This document shows, piece by piece, positions 1 to 13,773 of a stretch of 64,000 bases of DNA. A program made the translations under genes and the position numbers. The notes below the pieces were generated by a model. That model ran no database searches. It worked only from the letters and a program-made list of their open reading frames with translations, and was not told where the DNA came from. The stretch lies in contig OZ024755.1 in NCBI GenBank assembly GCA_964016885.1, forward strand, positions 31,992,001 to 32,056,000. Reading direction: 5' to 3'. The stretch is from Eledone cirrhosa. Taxonomy: Eukaryota. Within the stretch, counting starts at the first letter, position 1, and each line of letters begins with the position of its first letter.

Positions 1-1000
1 TGTGTTGTTTCCTTGAGCAAGACACTTTAATTCACATTGCTCCAGTTTGCTCAGCTGTAGAAATGAGATGATAGGGACTGGGGGTCCATATCATTCCACT
101 GCAAAGTGGTCGTGGAGGTGCCACGGCAAAAAAGCACCCAGCACGCACTGTAAATGAGGTTGGTGTTAGGAAGGGCATCCAGCTGTAGAAATCAAGCCAA
201 AATCAGTGACTGTCCCACCCTTGCAAGCAGGGAAAAGGCGGACGTAAAATGAAATGAAATGAATGATTAGAAAGATTTGAGCGCCAAACTCGATCCATCT
301 TTAATTTTTAATGTGATGCAATCATATTGCTGTTTTGTACTTTTCAAGAATATCTGATAATAATAATGAAAATATTGTGTACAGTGCTCAGGTGCACTAC
401 AACTCATCAAAAAGTGTATGTATAGTACATAGGGTAATGTACAAACGTCAGGAAAATGAACAGTGCATGAGCTATGATATACACATGCGTGCATGTGTAT
501 GGAAGGGGTACATCAGGTGTAGTTTTGGCGAATTTGGGGAAGCATGAGGGTTTTAAAGGATGCTGTGTCTCGGCAGCTAACAACTGACACAGGCAGTTTG
601 ATCCATGCTTCAGCAACGATTTCATGTGGTACAGGAGGACATTAAGAGTGAAATAGTGGATGATAGAATTAGTGACCAATGTTCATCTAAACATATGAAG
701 CTATATCAAGTCTTCAGAAAAAGTGTTCAATACTCACAATCTAAACATCTATATATAAATTTGAGTGACTTCCGTCCATCTGTCCCATAATATGTGTGGT
801 TGTGTGAATGTATGTATAAGTGTGTGTGTGTATGTATAAGTGTGTGGGTGTGTATATGTATATATGTGTGTATATAAGTGTGTGTACGTGTGTGTTTGTA
901 TATCTATGTGTGTCTTTCTGTGTTTTACATATTTACGGCAAGGAATGACAACCTGGGAAGAAGAGTAGCAAAGATTTTTTGAAATTACACCCTAACACCC

Positions 1001-1359
1001 TGTTGTGCGGGAGTACGACGACACCCCCCCCCCCCTCCCGTGGGGAGAATGGGCTGGACCACTACATATAAATAGTAGCAGCCCGAGTAAGTGGGGTAGT
1101 TGGAATTCAAGTTCCACAGTTCGTATGTTGATAGTCAAAGTTGGTACTAGTTCGACAGTTCGTATGTTGATAGTCAAAGTTGGTACTAGTTCCACAGTTC
1201 GTGTGTTGATAGTCAAAGTAGGAGTTCAAGTTCACAGTTCGAGTCAGCGTGTTGGATTGTTGGTTCTTAAAAGATTCTTATTCCGTTACGAGTGTTTATT
1301 GCCGTTTGTTTCAATTATATTGTTAATACACTGTTGCATTTATCGATAAGGACATAACA
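1001..1359 (+). mobile_element. Probable solo LTR with internal 39-bp x3 repeat
   Basis: TGTTGTG...CATAACA termini, TATAAATA near 1067, AATACA near 1325, possible degenerate TSD CACCC/CATCT. Confidence 0.5.
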
Positions 1360-2231
1360 CATCTTTAAAATAGGAAGGAAAGAATGAGTAATCTAGTCCT
1401 AGACACAATCACCACAACCACCACCCTCACCATCATCATTTTACATCTGATTTTCCATGTGTGAAAGGGTTGCTTTCATCATCATTATCATCACTGTTTA
1501 TCATCTATGCGTTGACACATAGAGTTATGGCCCTTGCCATTCTGAGTTCAAATCCCGCCGAGGTTAACTTTGCCTTTCATCCTTACGGGGTCGATAAAAT
1601 AAAGTACCAGTAATGTATTGGGCAATTGTTGGCCTTGTGCCTAAAATAGAAACAATTATCATCACTGTTTAATCTTTTAGCATTTAAACCGGTCATATCT
1701 GGCCAGAATTCTCTCACCGGCCGTAACTGGCCTCTCATACTGACATTAAGGTATTGTTTTCAAAATAAATAACATCCAAATCTCATAGATTTGATATTAT
1801 GTGAGATAATTATGAGGTAAAGCCTTTACCACAAAAGTACAATAGTATGTATAGAGTAATGTAAATACTAAAGGGCTACTGTCTATTTTTTCCATGCTTG
1901 CATGGGTTAGACCGGTTGGCCATACCATAAGATAAGTCTGGCCAGCTGGCTGCATTATACTTTGCTCAGATGGAACTTTATGAATGAAAAAATCAACTAG
2001 ACAATATGCTCATAAGTTTAAGAAGAAAAAAAACAATAAGACCAGTAGACAGATATTTAAATATATGTATATATATATTATTGGACATAATATATATGTA
2101 TTGGTGCCCCAGCATGGCCTCAGCTGGATGGCTGGAACAGGTAAAAGAGTATGTATATATATATGTATACATATATATATATACATATGTATATATTGTT
2201 GGAAATATATATATATATATATACATATATA

Positions 2232-3480
2232 TAACTTGTCTAAGACTAAAGTTCTAGTATGTAGAAAGGAAAATAGGGTACAGGTACCCTCTGGCAAATG
2301 GCCATGCTCAGTGTGTAGGAAAGGAGTAGGCAGAAATTCCATATTATGTCCCAAATGCAAACTATGGGTACATAAAAGATGTAGTGGGATCACAGGTAAG
2401 CTATCTAAGAACGTAGATTTTATATGTGGCCGATGCTCAGGTGTAATAAGTAGCAAGTGCCCACAGGATACTGGCTCCTTCCATTGCCCAGATGGTTCTA
2501 TAGAAATAGTGGACGCTTTCCGTTACCTGGGTGACAAGATCAGCAGTGGTGGAGGGTGCTCTGAAAGTACAGTGGCCAGAGTCAAAATGGGATGGAAAAA
2601 TTTCAGAGAGCTTATACCGCTATTGACCACTAAAGGTTTCTCTCTAAAAATGAAAGGCAGATTGTATGATGCCTGTATAGGAACAGCAATGCTACATGGC
2701 AGTGAGACCTGGGCATTGCGTGCAGAGGATCTGCACAGACTGCAGAGGAACGAAGCGTGCATGCTCCGTTGGATGTGTAGTAGTAATCTACATGAACGGC
2801 AAAGCATAAATGAACTAAGTGAGAAATTAGGAATAAGAGGGATCAGATGCTGTTTACTCAAAAGAAGACTACATTGGTGTGGTCACATGATGCGCATGAA
2901 AGACGACAGCTGTATAAAAAAGTGCAGGGTGATCAAAATGGATGGAAGTTGCAGAGTAGGTAGACCCCAAAAAACCTGGGACAACTTGATAAATTTCGAC
3001 CTCACACACTTGCACCTCTCTAAAACAATGTCACTGGACCGAGATCTTTGGCGCTACACAGTAATACAGAAGACCCGCCTTACCTATGTACAAAGCGAAA
3101 CCTACAGTCAGTAGGCACCTTTTAACCAAATATACACCCCAACCCACTACCCCTACCTCACCCCACCCCACTTCCACCAACACCACCCTTTCTCTGTAAT
3201 GTTATGTTGGTACCACAACATCCAGTCCAAAATAAATGAGGTTGTGTAGGTGTCACAACAAAAAAACACACAGTCCACGCTGTAATGTGGTTGTGTAGGT
3301 AACACGGTAAAAAGTTCCCAGTCCACACTGTAAATGTGGTTGGTGTTAGGAAGGGCAGACAGCCCTATACAAGTGTGACATGGTCACCCGACCAATCTTG
3401 CCTTAAGTAGGACAATCCCCCGTCTAAACCCATGCTAGCGTGGAAGATAGACGTTAAACATTGATGATGATGATGATGAT
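2232..3480 (+). mobile_element. 5'-truncated RTE-clade LINE (PHD-like finger, post-RT region, 3' UTR, (GAT)n tail)
   Basis: Open frame N-x-x-KTK...FRYLG...MLHGSETW...RRLHWCGH...GRPQKTW. Confidence 0.88.
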
Positions 3481-4649
3481 ATGTTTTGGAGGACATAATA
3501 TATATGTATATATATATATATATATAAGTACATATGTGTATATTGTTCGACATAATCATACAAAAAAATATAAACACAAATGTGTTTGATTGTGTATATA
3601 GATATACATAGAGAGAGAGAGAGAGAGAGAGAAAAGGAGAAGGATAAAGAGAGCTAACAGCAATAACTAAAGTAGGCTAATGATATGAATTTGTATAATT
3701 AAGTTAAAATGTGATGTGCTCAATATTGGACACAATAAATTCTTAATTTGAAAAAAAAATCCATCCCAAACAACAACAACAACAACAACAACTATAAAAC
3801 AGTCAAATTGACAGCAACTCTCAAAGAGGAAGGGAGATAATTTCAAGAAAACAAGAATATATTCTGGTGTTAATTTACAAGGTACAGAAAGTACAGTTTA
3901 TTCTTCATTGCAAACAAGGGACAACTATATCCATGTTTCAGTCTGTTAGACCTCATCAACACAGTACAGCCTCAACATATATATATAATTATATATATAT
4001 ATATATACTGGCGAACGATTCCAACCGTGACTAACCCCACTGAAAAGTTTCATGAAATAGTCTTTTTAAGACTATATAGTGCATTTGTAGATTTTTCCAA
4101 ATTGATGGATAAGTATTTACTCTTAATTTTATTTTGAGTTAAGATTCTACTGGTTTTTTCCCCGGATTACACAAAATCTGTGGATAAAATTTCTGATCTT
4201 GACTTGTTTTGAATTGGGATTAAATTATTTTCCCATATCTTACGTTAAATATTTTTCATCTTAACGTAATAGTCACTTATATGTCTGAATTACTGTTGCC
4301 TTCTTCCTTACATTAATTTCTCTATTTTCATTTTCCCCAAGCAGGGAAAAGTGGACGTAAAATGATGATGATGATGATGATGATATATATATATATTTGC
4401 ATGTTCAGTCATCGGTGACTAAACTGGCAATTCCACCAAGTTTACTTGGTGAGGAAGGTGGTTTTGGACACCCTGCAGGATAAAAAACAAAACCTGACAA
4501 AGGGCGGAAGAACTCATAACAGTTAACGGCCATCCAAAAATGTGTAAATATGTATATACATTTGTATGTACGTACATGTGTACGTATGTACATGTGTATG
4601 CATATGTATATATGTATATGCTTGTATACATATGTGTATATATGCATGA

Positions 4650-4995
4650 GGACATAAAAATAATTGGGCTGGATACCCGATCACACGGTTAAACCACTGG
4701 GTGTGAAGGACCCTAGCCTTTGTCAGGGCATTCTTCTAGGAGCCAGCAACTCAGGAAACTGGGATAACTCCGACATAAAACCTGCGGCTCAGTAGTTACC
4801 GATGATGTTGATCTTTTCTTCTTTTCGGGTGATAGCTACTGTCGCTCAGAGAGTGGGATTGGCTCAGTGCACAGTCTTTCCTCTCTTTAAAAAAAATCTT
4901 CATGCACTGGCATTGCACGATAGAATTGATTGATAATTATTAATAATGTTATACCATGCAATAGCCATACTCAATAACGAGGGAGCAGCCATCAT
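4650..4995 (+). mobile_element. Unclassified dispersed repeat (second copy 29768-30092; shared 3' end at 16010-16049)
   Basis: About 330 bp of near-identical sequence at two loci, ending GCAGCCATCAT followed by a microsatellite. Confidence 0.7.
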
Positions 4996-5035
4996 ATATA
5001 TATATATGTACATACACACATATATGTGTCTATAT

Positions 5036-5081
<46 letters not shown>

Positions 5082-6839
5082 CTATATTCATCCATCGCCA
5101 CCACCACTGACCTATTTATATGTATACAGCCCAATACCACATTCTCTATTTTGCCAGCCATCACTCCCTTTCCTCAAAGCCTGTCATTGATCTATATAGC
5201 ACTCACTCCTGCCACTCATTATTTACCCTCACCCCTCCACACCACACTACTCCTCTCCTTCTCTCCTCCCTGCTTCCATTCCTAACTTCTTTCATTACCT
5301 CCTGCTTACCTCCCTTTCTCCCCCCCCCCCTCACTCTCATATTGTTCACAGGAAGAATATCCAACTATAGAAACGACACCAGGAATGGAAAATACAAGTA
5401 AGACAAAGTTCTACAACTTGTCCAGTCTAAAGAATGTCATCTGTTGGTTTCAACAAAGAGTGTTCCAGTTGTTTAATCAACAGAACAGACTATAAGTGGC
5501 TGAGCACTCAACAGATACATGTACTCTTAACCTTTTAGCATTTAAACCAGCCATATCTGGCCCGAATTCTCTCACTTCTTTCTGTTCAAACTAGCCATAA
5601 CCAACCACTGATACTGATGTTGAGGTATTGTTCTCAAAATACATAGTATCAAAATTTCATTCAATATTATGTGAGATAATTGTGTAAAAATACAATAGTA
5701 TATATATAGAGTAATGTGAATGGTAAATGGTTAATAATAATAAAAATAATAACAATGAAATTATTGTGTAAAGTGCTCAGGTGCACTACAACTCGTCAAA
5801 GGTGTATGTATAGTACATAGAATAATACACAAATGTCAGGGAAGTACATGTGTGTATGTGTTAGCTGTAGTGTTGGTGGATCTCGGGAAGCATGGAGGCC
5901 TTAAAGGATGCAGTGTCTCGACAGCTAACAACTGATGCAGGTAGTTTGTTCCATGTCAAATTCTGCAAGAGTAGATGTCATAGTACCATATATAACCATA
6001 TATAACTGATCCTGTCTTAACTCTTTCATGAAACATAGATATACATCAGGTCTGAACACAATAATATCCAAATCTCATAGATTTCATATTATGTGAGGTA
6101 ATTATGTGAGGTAAAGCCTTTACTGTGGAAATATAGTAAATATCTAAATCTAAAGTCTATTTTAAGCCAGAAGGCTCATTTGGCCGGTGCTTATCTCGGT
6201 TTCATGTCGTAAAACGACTGAGGGTACAACACCAGTCCATCACAGAGTTAAACCCCCAGCTATTGCTGGTACTCATTTTCAGCTGAGTATACTGGAGCAA
6301 CAGGAAATGAAGTGTTTTGCTCAAGAACACAACACGCAACCCAGGAATCGAACCCACAACATTATGATCGTAAGTCCAACACCTTTACCACTAGGCCACA
6401 TGCCTCCACTATAATAGTAAATATAGAGTAATGTAAATGCTCAAGGGTTAACATAATTCTTATTGAGATTCATAGTGACATCATGTGTGATAAGGCTGAC
6501 CCATTAAATTTCAGGTATCATCCATCCAACAGGCTTCTAAACAATCTCTGCCTGCCCAATTTCACTTACAACCCGAGGCTAAGGTAAACAATGTCCAAAA
6601 TATCAGACTGTGGGACTGAAGCTGGGACCTATTGATAACCAAATGAACTCCTTAACCAGTCAGATATGCTGTGTCCACACTACAATACAGTCAAATTATC
6701 ATCATCGTTTAACGCTAGCATGGGTTGGACAGGTTTGTCCCACTTGAGGCAAGATTGATCGGGTGACCGTGTCTTGCTCGTACAGAACTTTCTGGCAGGT
6801 TTTCTATGGCTGGATGCCCTTCCAAACGGCAAGCTCATT

Positions 6840-7580
6840 TGCAGTGTGGACTGGGAGCCTTTTTGTTGTGACACCTACACGACCACTTTACAGTGTGGAC
6901 TGGGTGCTTTTTTGTTGTGACATCTACACGACCACTTTACAGTGTGGACTGGGTGCTTTTTGTTGTGACACCTACATGACCACTTTACAGTGTGGACTGG
7001 GTGCTTTTTTGTTGTGACACCTACACGACCACTTTACAGTGTGGACTGGGTGCTTTTTTGTTGTGACACCTACACGACCACTTTACAGTGTGGACTGGGT
7101 GCTTTTTGTTGTGACACCTACATGACCACTTTACAGTGTGGACTGGGTGCTTTTTGTTGTGACACCTACACGACCATTTTACAGTGTGGACTGGGTGTTT
7201 TTTGTTGTGACACCTACATGACCACTTTACAGTGTGGACAGGGTACTTTTTGTTGTGTCATCTACTCGACCACTTTACAGTGTGGACTGAGTGCTTTTTT
7301 GTTGTGACACCTACATGACCACTTTACAGTGTGGACAGGGTACTTTTTGTTGTGTCATCTACTCGACCACTTTACAGTGTGGACTGGGTGCTTTTTGTTG
7401 TGACACCTACATGATCACTTTACAGTGTGGACTGGGTGCTTTTTGTCATGTCTCTTACACGATCACTTTACAGTGTGGACTGGGTACTTTTTGTCGTGTC
7501 ACCTACATGACTACTTTATAGTGTGGACTGGGTATTTTTTGTCGTGTCACCTACACAACCTCTTTACAGTGTGGCTTGGA
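6840..7580. repeat. 48-49-bp minisatellite, about 15 copies, inside a retroposon 3' region
   Basis: Unit TTACAGTGTGGACTGGGTGCTTTTTGTTGTGACACCTACACGACCACT. Confidence 0.93.
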
Positions 7581-7736
7581 TGTTCTGTGGTACCAACATA
7601 CCTTTAGTTAGAAAAGCGAAAAAGAAGTTTGCACTGAATATATATCAAGAAGGAGTGCTCCAAAATATCCAGAGGAGAGGGCTCTGTATTAAGAAGAGTT
7701 GAGCATAAGTGATGAGTGACAGTAATGAGATATATA

Positions 7737-7894
7737 CAGAGAAATTCTGTTATAACGAAATTCATGGGGTGTAAAAAAAAAATTTCATTGTAACAAAAAA
7801 TTCTTTATAACGAGATCGACCGAAACACATCGAGCGTGTGGCCAGGGATTGATGAACATTTACTGAAAAATTCGTTATAACGGAATTTTACCTG
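7737..7894. mobile_element. pogo/Tigger-like MITE
   Basis: TA-CAG...TTATAACGAA / TTCGTTATAA...CTG-TA inverted termini. Confidence 0.75.
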
Positions 7895-8456
7895 TATATC
7901 AATGAGAATGGCTGGCAAAATAGAGAATGTGTTATTGGGATGTATACATATAAATAGGGAGTAAGCAGCTTGATAAGGTCAGTGGTAGTGGCAATGGTGG
8001 TGGAGATAATAATAATAATAATAATAATGAAATTATTGTGTACAGTGCTCAGGTGCACTACAACTCATCAAAGGTGCATGTATAGTACATAGAATAATAA
8101 AGTGTCAGGAAAATGAACAGTGTATGAGTCATGATATAATAACAATAACAATAATGAAATATTGTGTACAGTGCCCAGGTGCACCACAACTCATCAAAAA
8201 AGTGCATGTACAGTACATAGGGCAATGCACAAACATCAGTAAAATGAACAGTGCACGAGTCATGATACACACATGTGTGCATGTGTATGGAAGGGGTACA
8301 TCAGGTGTAGTTTTGGCGTATTTCGGGAAGCATGGTTGAATATAAGACTAAAGTCATTTCATATATATATATATATATCATCATATATATATGTGTGTGT
8401 GTGTGTGCATAGCGTGGAAGAAGGACGTTAAACGATGATGATGATGATGATACATA

Positions 8457-8489
<33 letters not shown>

Positions 8490-8524
8490 ATATATGTATA
8501 TACTTATATATGTAGGTTTATAAC

Positions 8525-9268
<744 letters not shown>

Positions 9269-9532
9269 GTGTCTCTGTCTTTCTGTCTGTGTACGTCACA
9301 CAAAACATTCCCTCGAGGTGTTTTTCCTCTATCCATTATTGATATACATAATTAGCGTAACTATTCTCCCCTGTGTCCTATATCTAAATTTGATCATTCA
9401 ACGTCAAACCAATTGAGGTGACTATGCATCATTGAGGATATATAATATGATCAATACATATGTTACTTTTACCAGTCAGCTAGCAGACAAGATCCACTCT
9501 TTACTGCATGTCCTCTCCTTTCCAAAAAACAA

Positions 9533-10742
9533 TTATGTGAGGTAAAGCCTTTACTGTGAAAATACCATAGTATATATTGAGTAATGTAAATGTTATGTGA
9601 GATATTATGTGAGGTAAAGCCTTTACTGTGAAAATACAATAGTATATATAGAGTAATGTAAATGTTATGTGAGATATTATGTAAGGTAAAGCCTTTACCA
9701 TGAACATACAATAGTAAATATAGAGCAATGTAAATGTTATGTGAGATATTATGTGAGGTAAAGCCTTTACTGTGAAAATACAATAGTATATATAGAGTAA
9801 TGTAAATGTTATGTGAGGTATTATGAGAGGTAAAGCCTTTACTGTGAAAATACAATAGTATATATAGAGTAATGTAAATGTTATGTGAGATATTATGTGA
9901 GGTAAAGCCTTTACTGTGAAAATAAAATAGTATATATAGAGTAATGTAAATGTTATGTGAGATATTATGTAAGGTAAAGCCTTTACTGTGAAAATATAAT
10001 AGTATATATAGAGTAATGTAAATGTTATGTGAGATATTATGTAAGGTAAAACCTTTACTGTGAAAATACAATAGTATATATAGAGTAATGTAAATGTTAT
10101 GTGAGATATTATGTAAGGTAAAGCCTTTACTGTGAAAATACAATAGTATATATAGAGTAATGTAAATGTTATGTGAGATATTATGTAAGGTAAAGCCTTT
10201 ACTGTGAAAATACAATAGTATATATAGAGTAATGTAAATGTTATGTGAGATATTATGTAAGGTAAAGCCTTTACCATGAACATACAATAGTAAATATAGA
10301 GTAATGTAAATGTTATGTGAGGTAAAGCCTTTACTGTGAAAATACAATAGTATATATAGAGTAATGTAAATGTTATGTGAGATATTATGTGAGGTAAAGC
10401 CTTTACTGTGAAAATAAAATAGTATATATAGAGTATGTAAATGTTATGTGAGATATTATGTGAGGTAAAGTCTTTACTGTGAAAATACAATAGTATATAT
10501 AGAGTAATGTAAATGTTATGTGAGATATTATGTGAGGTAAAGCCTTTACTGTGAAAATACAATAGTATATATAGAGTAATGTAAATGTTATGTGAGATAT
10601 TATGTGAGGTAAAGCCTTTACTGTGAAAATACAATAGTATATATAGAGTAATGTAAATGTTATGTGAGATATTATGTGAGGTAAAGCCTTTACTGTGAAA
10701 ATACAATAATATATATAGAGTAATGTGAATGGTAAATGGTTA
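9533..10742. repeat. 72-bp tandem repeat, about 16-17 copies, from one end of the TTAA MITE
   Basis: Unit GTAAAGCCTTTACTGTGAAAATACAATAG...TATTATGTGAG; array ends in the MITE terminus TAAATGG-TTAA. Confidence 0.93.
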
Positions 10743-11049
10743 ATTTCTTCTTTATATATACTCCAGTTCTACCAACTGTCGAGTGCTACTTATCTGATAT
10801 ATGCATAGTTTTATTGTTCTACAATATTAATCACCTCCTACATTACATATATATATGTGTGTGTGTTTGTGTGAACGAGTGCAAAATTTGTTTACTTACC
10901 GTGATTTATGGTTGGTAGAAAAATAAATGAATTATGTTTGTAAATCTTATCAATTATTTCACAGGGATGAATTTGGCATATTTAGAGAAGGAGTGTCTCC
11001 CTATATCACTCTGGAGCCAGCAAAAAAGACCCTGTTTATATTGTTGTGC

Positions 11050-12500
11050 TATTACCCATTAGAATTAGGGGCTCGCAAATAACATCTCAAGGTACAGATA
11101 ACTAGATGGTGGTCAGTTGACAGCTCAGCCCCTCTCTTATCATGAACATCCAGCACAGAATCAAAGGGATCATAGACAATAAAAAAAATCAATTATTGAT
11201 CTCTGTCCCTGATTCCCCTTATATCATGTATATTTATGGATACCTTTGTGCTGGAAGATGTTCGTAATAGAGGGCTTATTACTACAACAGAAGTCTAATT
11301 AAGCTTCTCCATTTGCATTTAGATTTGGGCCGCCATTCCTACCAATCACTCTTTTCCATGTCAGGTGGTCAGTGTCAACATGTGTATTGAAGTCTCCTAT
11401 CAGGATATATGACTCACTTTTAACTACATCTAACGCTGAAGTGACTTCATCAAGGAAGTATCTGTATTTGGACTCCTTGTTTGGTGCATAAACTTGCACC
11501 ACCCATAGAGACCTTTCTTTCAGCCTAAGCTTGAAGAGGTACATTCTCCCTCCCAATGGGATCCAGTCCATAATACATTCTAACAGCCAGGGGCTTGTGA
11601 GTATCCCCACACTCACCTGTGCAGTCTTTTCTGGCACCACAATTGAATAGTGGAATTTTCATCATCTATAGAAATCTATACTTCAGAACCATGAAACTTT
11701 AATGTCTGGCCTTGTGAAGGCACATGGCTTCGTGGTTAGAGCATTGGGCTTGCAATTGAGACGTTGGGTGTTCGATTCTCGGACCGGGTGATGTGTTGTG
11801 TCCTTGAGCAAGACACTTTATTTCACGTTACTCCGGTTTACTCAGCTGTAGAAATGAGTTACGACGTCACTCGTGCCAAGTTGTATCGGTCATTGCCTTT
11901 CCCTTGGACAACATCGGTGGCATGGAGAGGGGAGACTGGTATGCATGGGCGACTACTGGTCTTCCACAAAACAAACCTTGCGCAGGCTTGTGCCTCAGAG
12001 GGAAACTTTCTAGGTGCAAAACTATGGTCATTCGTGACCAAGTGGGGCCATAGATATAGATAGTATCTGGCCTCCTCCATTAGTTCCAGCTCCTTGCCTG
12101 TCATGGTTATAACCAGTGCTGGAATTAGGACAAATGAGGCCCTGTGCTAGTTAAATTATGAGGCCCCTTACTTGGTCCCTGGAGAAGGTAAACATTTTTT
12201 TTTGGCAGGATAATGGGTCCCTCCCTGGCCAACTGAGCCCTGTGCTTAAGCACACCTAAGCACAATGGAAAATACAGCACTGGATGTAACATTCCAGTTG
12301 CCAATTGTCACGGTTTGTTCCCTTATGAACCCATTTTTGGAGTCTCAGGATATGAAATCTTTGTGCTTCCATCTCACGCCTCACAGGACAGGTTGCAAGC
12401 CCATTGCCGGTTCTTACAGTGTTGGGTTGAGACTGCAATATATATTTTCAAACAGGCCCCTCTATCTAAGGCCTGCATGTATCCTTTGTTGTCCCAGGTG
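11050..12500 (-). mobile_element. RTE LINE 5' part (APE endonuclease), interrupted by a SINE and a hAT MITE
   Basis: GNWNVTS/MTGKELEL, QVYAPN, GDFNTHV, RSIIDF, ELSTDHHLV motifs across the insertions. Confidence 0.82.
12114..12282. mobile_element. hAT-type MITE
   Basis: CAGTGCTG...CAGCACTG TIRs, 8-bp TSD GTTATAAC/GATGTAAC (6/8). Confidence 0.7.
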
Positions 12501-12886
12501 AAGAACAATGCGGTATGGACACATTCATATACAATCATTATAAATGTGTTTTGAATAATATATTTATGCAGAATTACAAATAACTGCCAAGAAATTGTCT
12601 ACTGACTGAGTCATCACTTTCTTGAGCAATGTTAGGTACTACTGCTAATATATGTATATATATGTATATATGTATATATGTATACATTTATGTGTGTACA
12701 TACACTCACACACACATATATATACATGTATGTACATATATATATATATATGATCATTAAACAATTACAACCATTAGAAATGTCATATTTATCATTTTTC
12801 AAATACACCACCACCCCACTCTCAAGAGCGTGAAATTAATAAACCTTTGTTCGTACTGCCTCTCTGTTTTGTTCCCGTTCAATTTT

Positions 12887-12931
<45 letters not shown>

Positions 12932-12938
<7 letters not shown>

Positions 12939-13308
12939 TATTGAAGTTTGCTTGAAGCATTGTGGAACAATAAGTAAATATCTTTAAGTCGTTTGGAAGC
13001 CTCGACAATGCAAATGGGTAAATCTCCGGGTAACAAGGTCCGGTGGTGGAGAGAGAGATGTAAGTGGGTGTACGTTGAGATGTGTGGTGTGTATAAGATA
13101 TGTGAGATGTGTAGAATGAAGGGAAGAGTATAAAGGATAAAAATAAAAATAAAAATAACAACACAAGAGAGAGTTACCTTGGGAGAGATTTAATAGTCCC
13201 TATATATTTCGGATTCACATCCATCAACTGGAGTTTTTTCCGGGGTGGGGGAAAAGGTTGTCTGTCGGACAAGTCCGGAATGCGTCTTTCGCTGTTTGTT
13301 CTTTTGAA
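12932..13308 (-). mobile_element. TA-flanked non-autonomous element with a hammerhead-like motif (second copy 25500-25812, + strand)
   Basis: The two copies share GGAGATTTACCCATTTGCATTGT and TGCTTCAAGCAAACTTCAA, and both sit in (TA)n tracts. Confidence 0.7.
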
Positions 13309-13773
13309 TATCTATCTATATATATATCTATATATATATATGTCCTATAGCACATATATAAATATATATATATATATATACACACACATAATATAATATA
13401 TATTTATATATACACATAATATAACATATATATATATATATATATATGGAAATTACTGTGTACAGTGCTCAGGTGCACTACAATATGTATGTATGTGTGT
13501 GTGTGGGGGGGGGGAACATTTGATAAAGGAAGCAACCAACAGAGGACCATGTAAGTCTTCTTTCCCCACATATTCTTGGGAGGGTCCTTAGACATACCTT
13601 CCAGAATGTCCGATCTGAAGCAACTGTCTCCAATTGTAGGGTCAATAGGGTCTCACATGCTAAATATCTTGAATGGAAAAATTTGTTCACTTTTAGATTA
13701 TATCGTTATCATCATCATCATCATCATCATCATCATTATTATCATCATTGTAATCATCATCATATCAATTTAA

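Noticed and set aside
4650-4800. Possible HDV-like ribozyme in a LINE 5'UTR-like repeat (also 59545-59700)
   Set aside because: I could not build the nested double pseudoknot by eye; it needs a covariance-model search.
9469-10706. Long ORFs of 292 and 401 aa
   Set aside because: Translations of the 72-bp MITE-derived tandem repeat; no protein features.
10894-11020. Possible minus-strand exon of a divergent gene (GTAAGT donor at 10899)
   Set aside because: No convincing acceptor giving a recognisable open frame, and no partner exons found upstream of UMPS.
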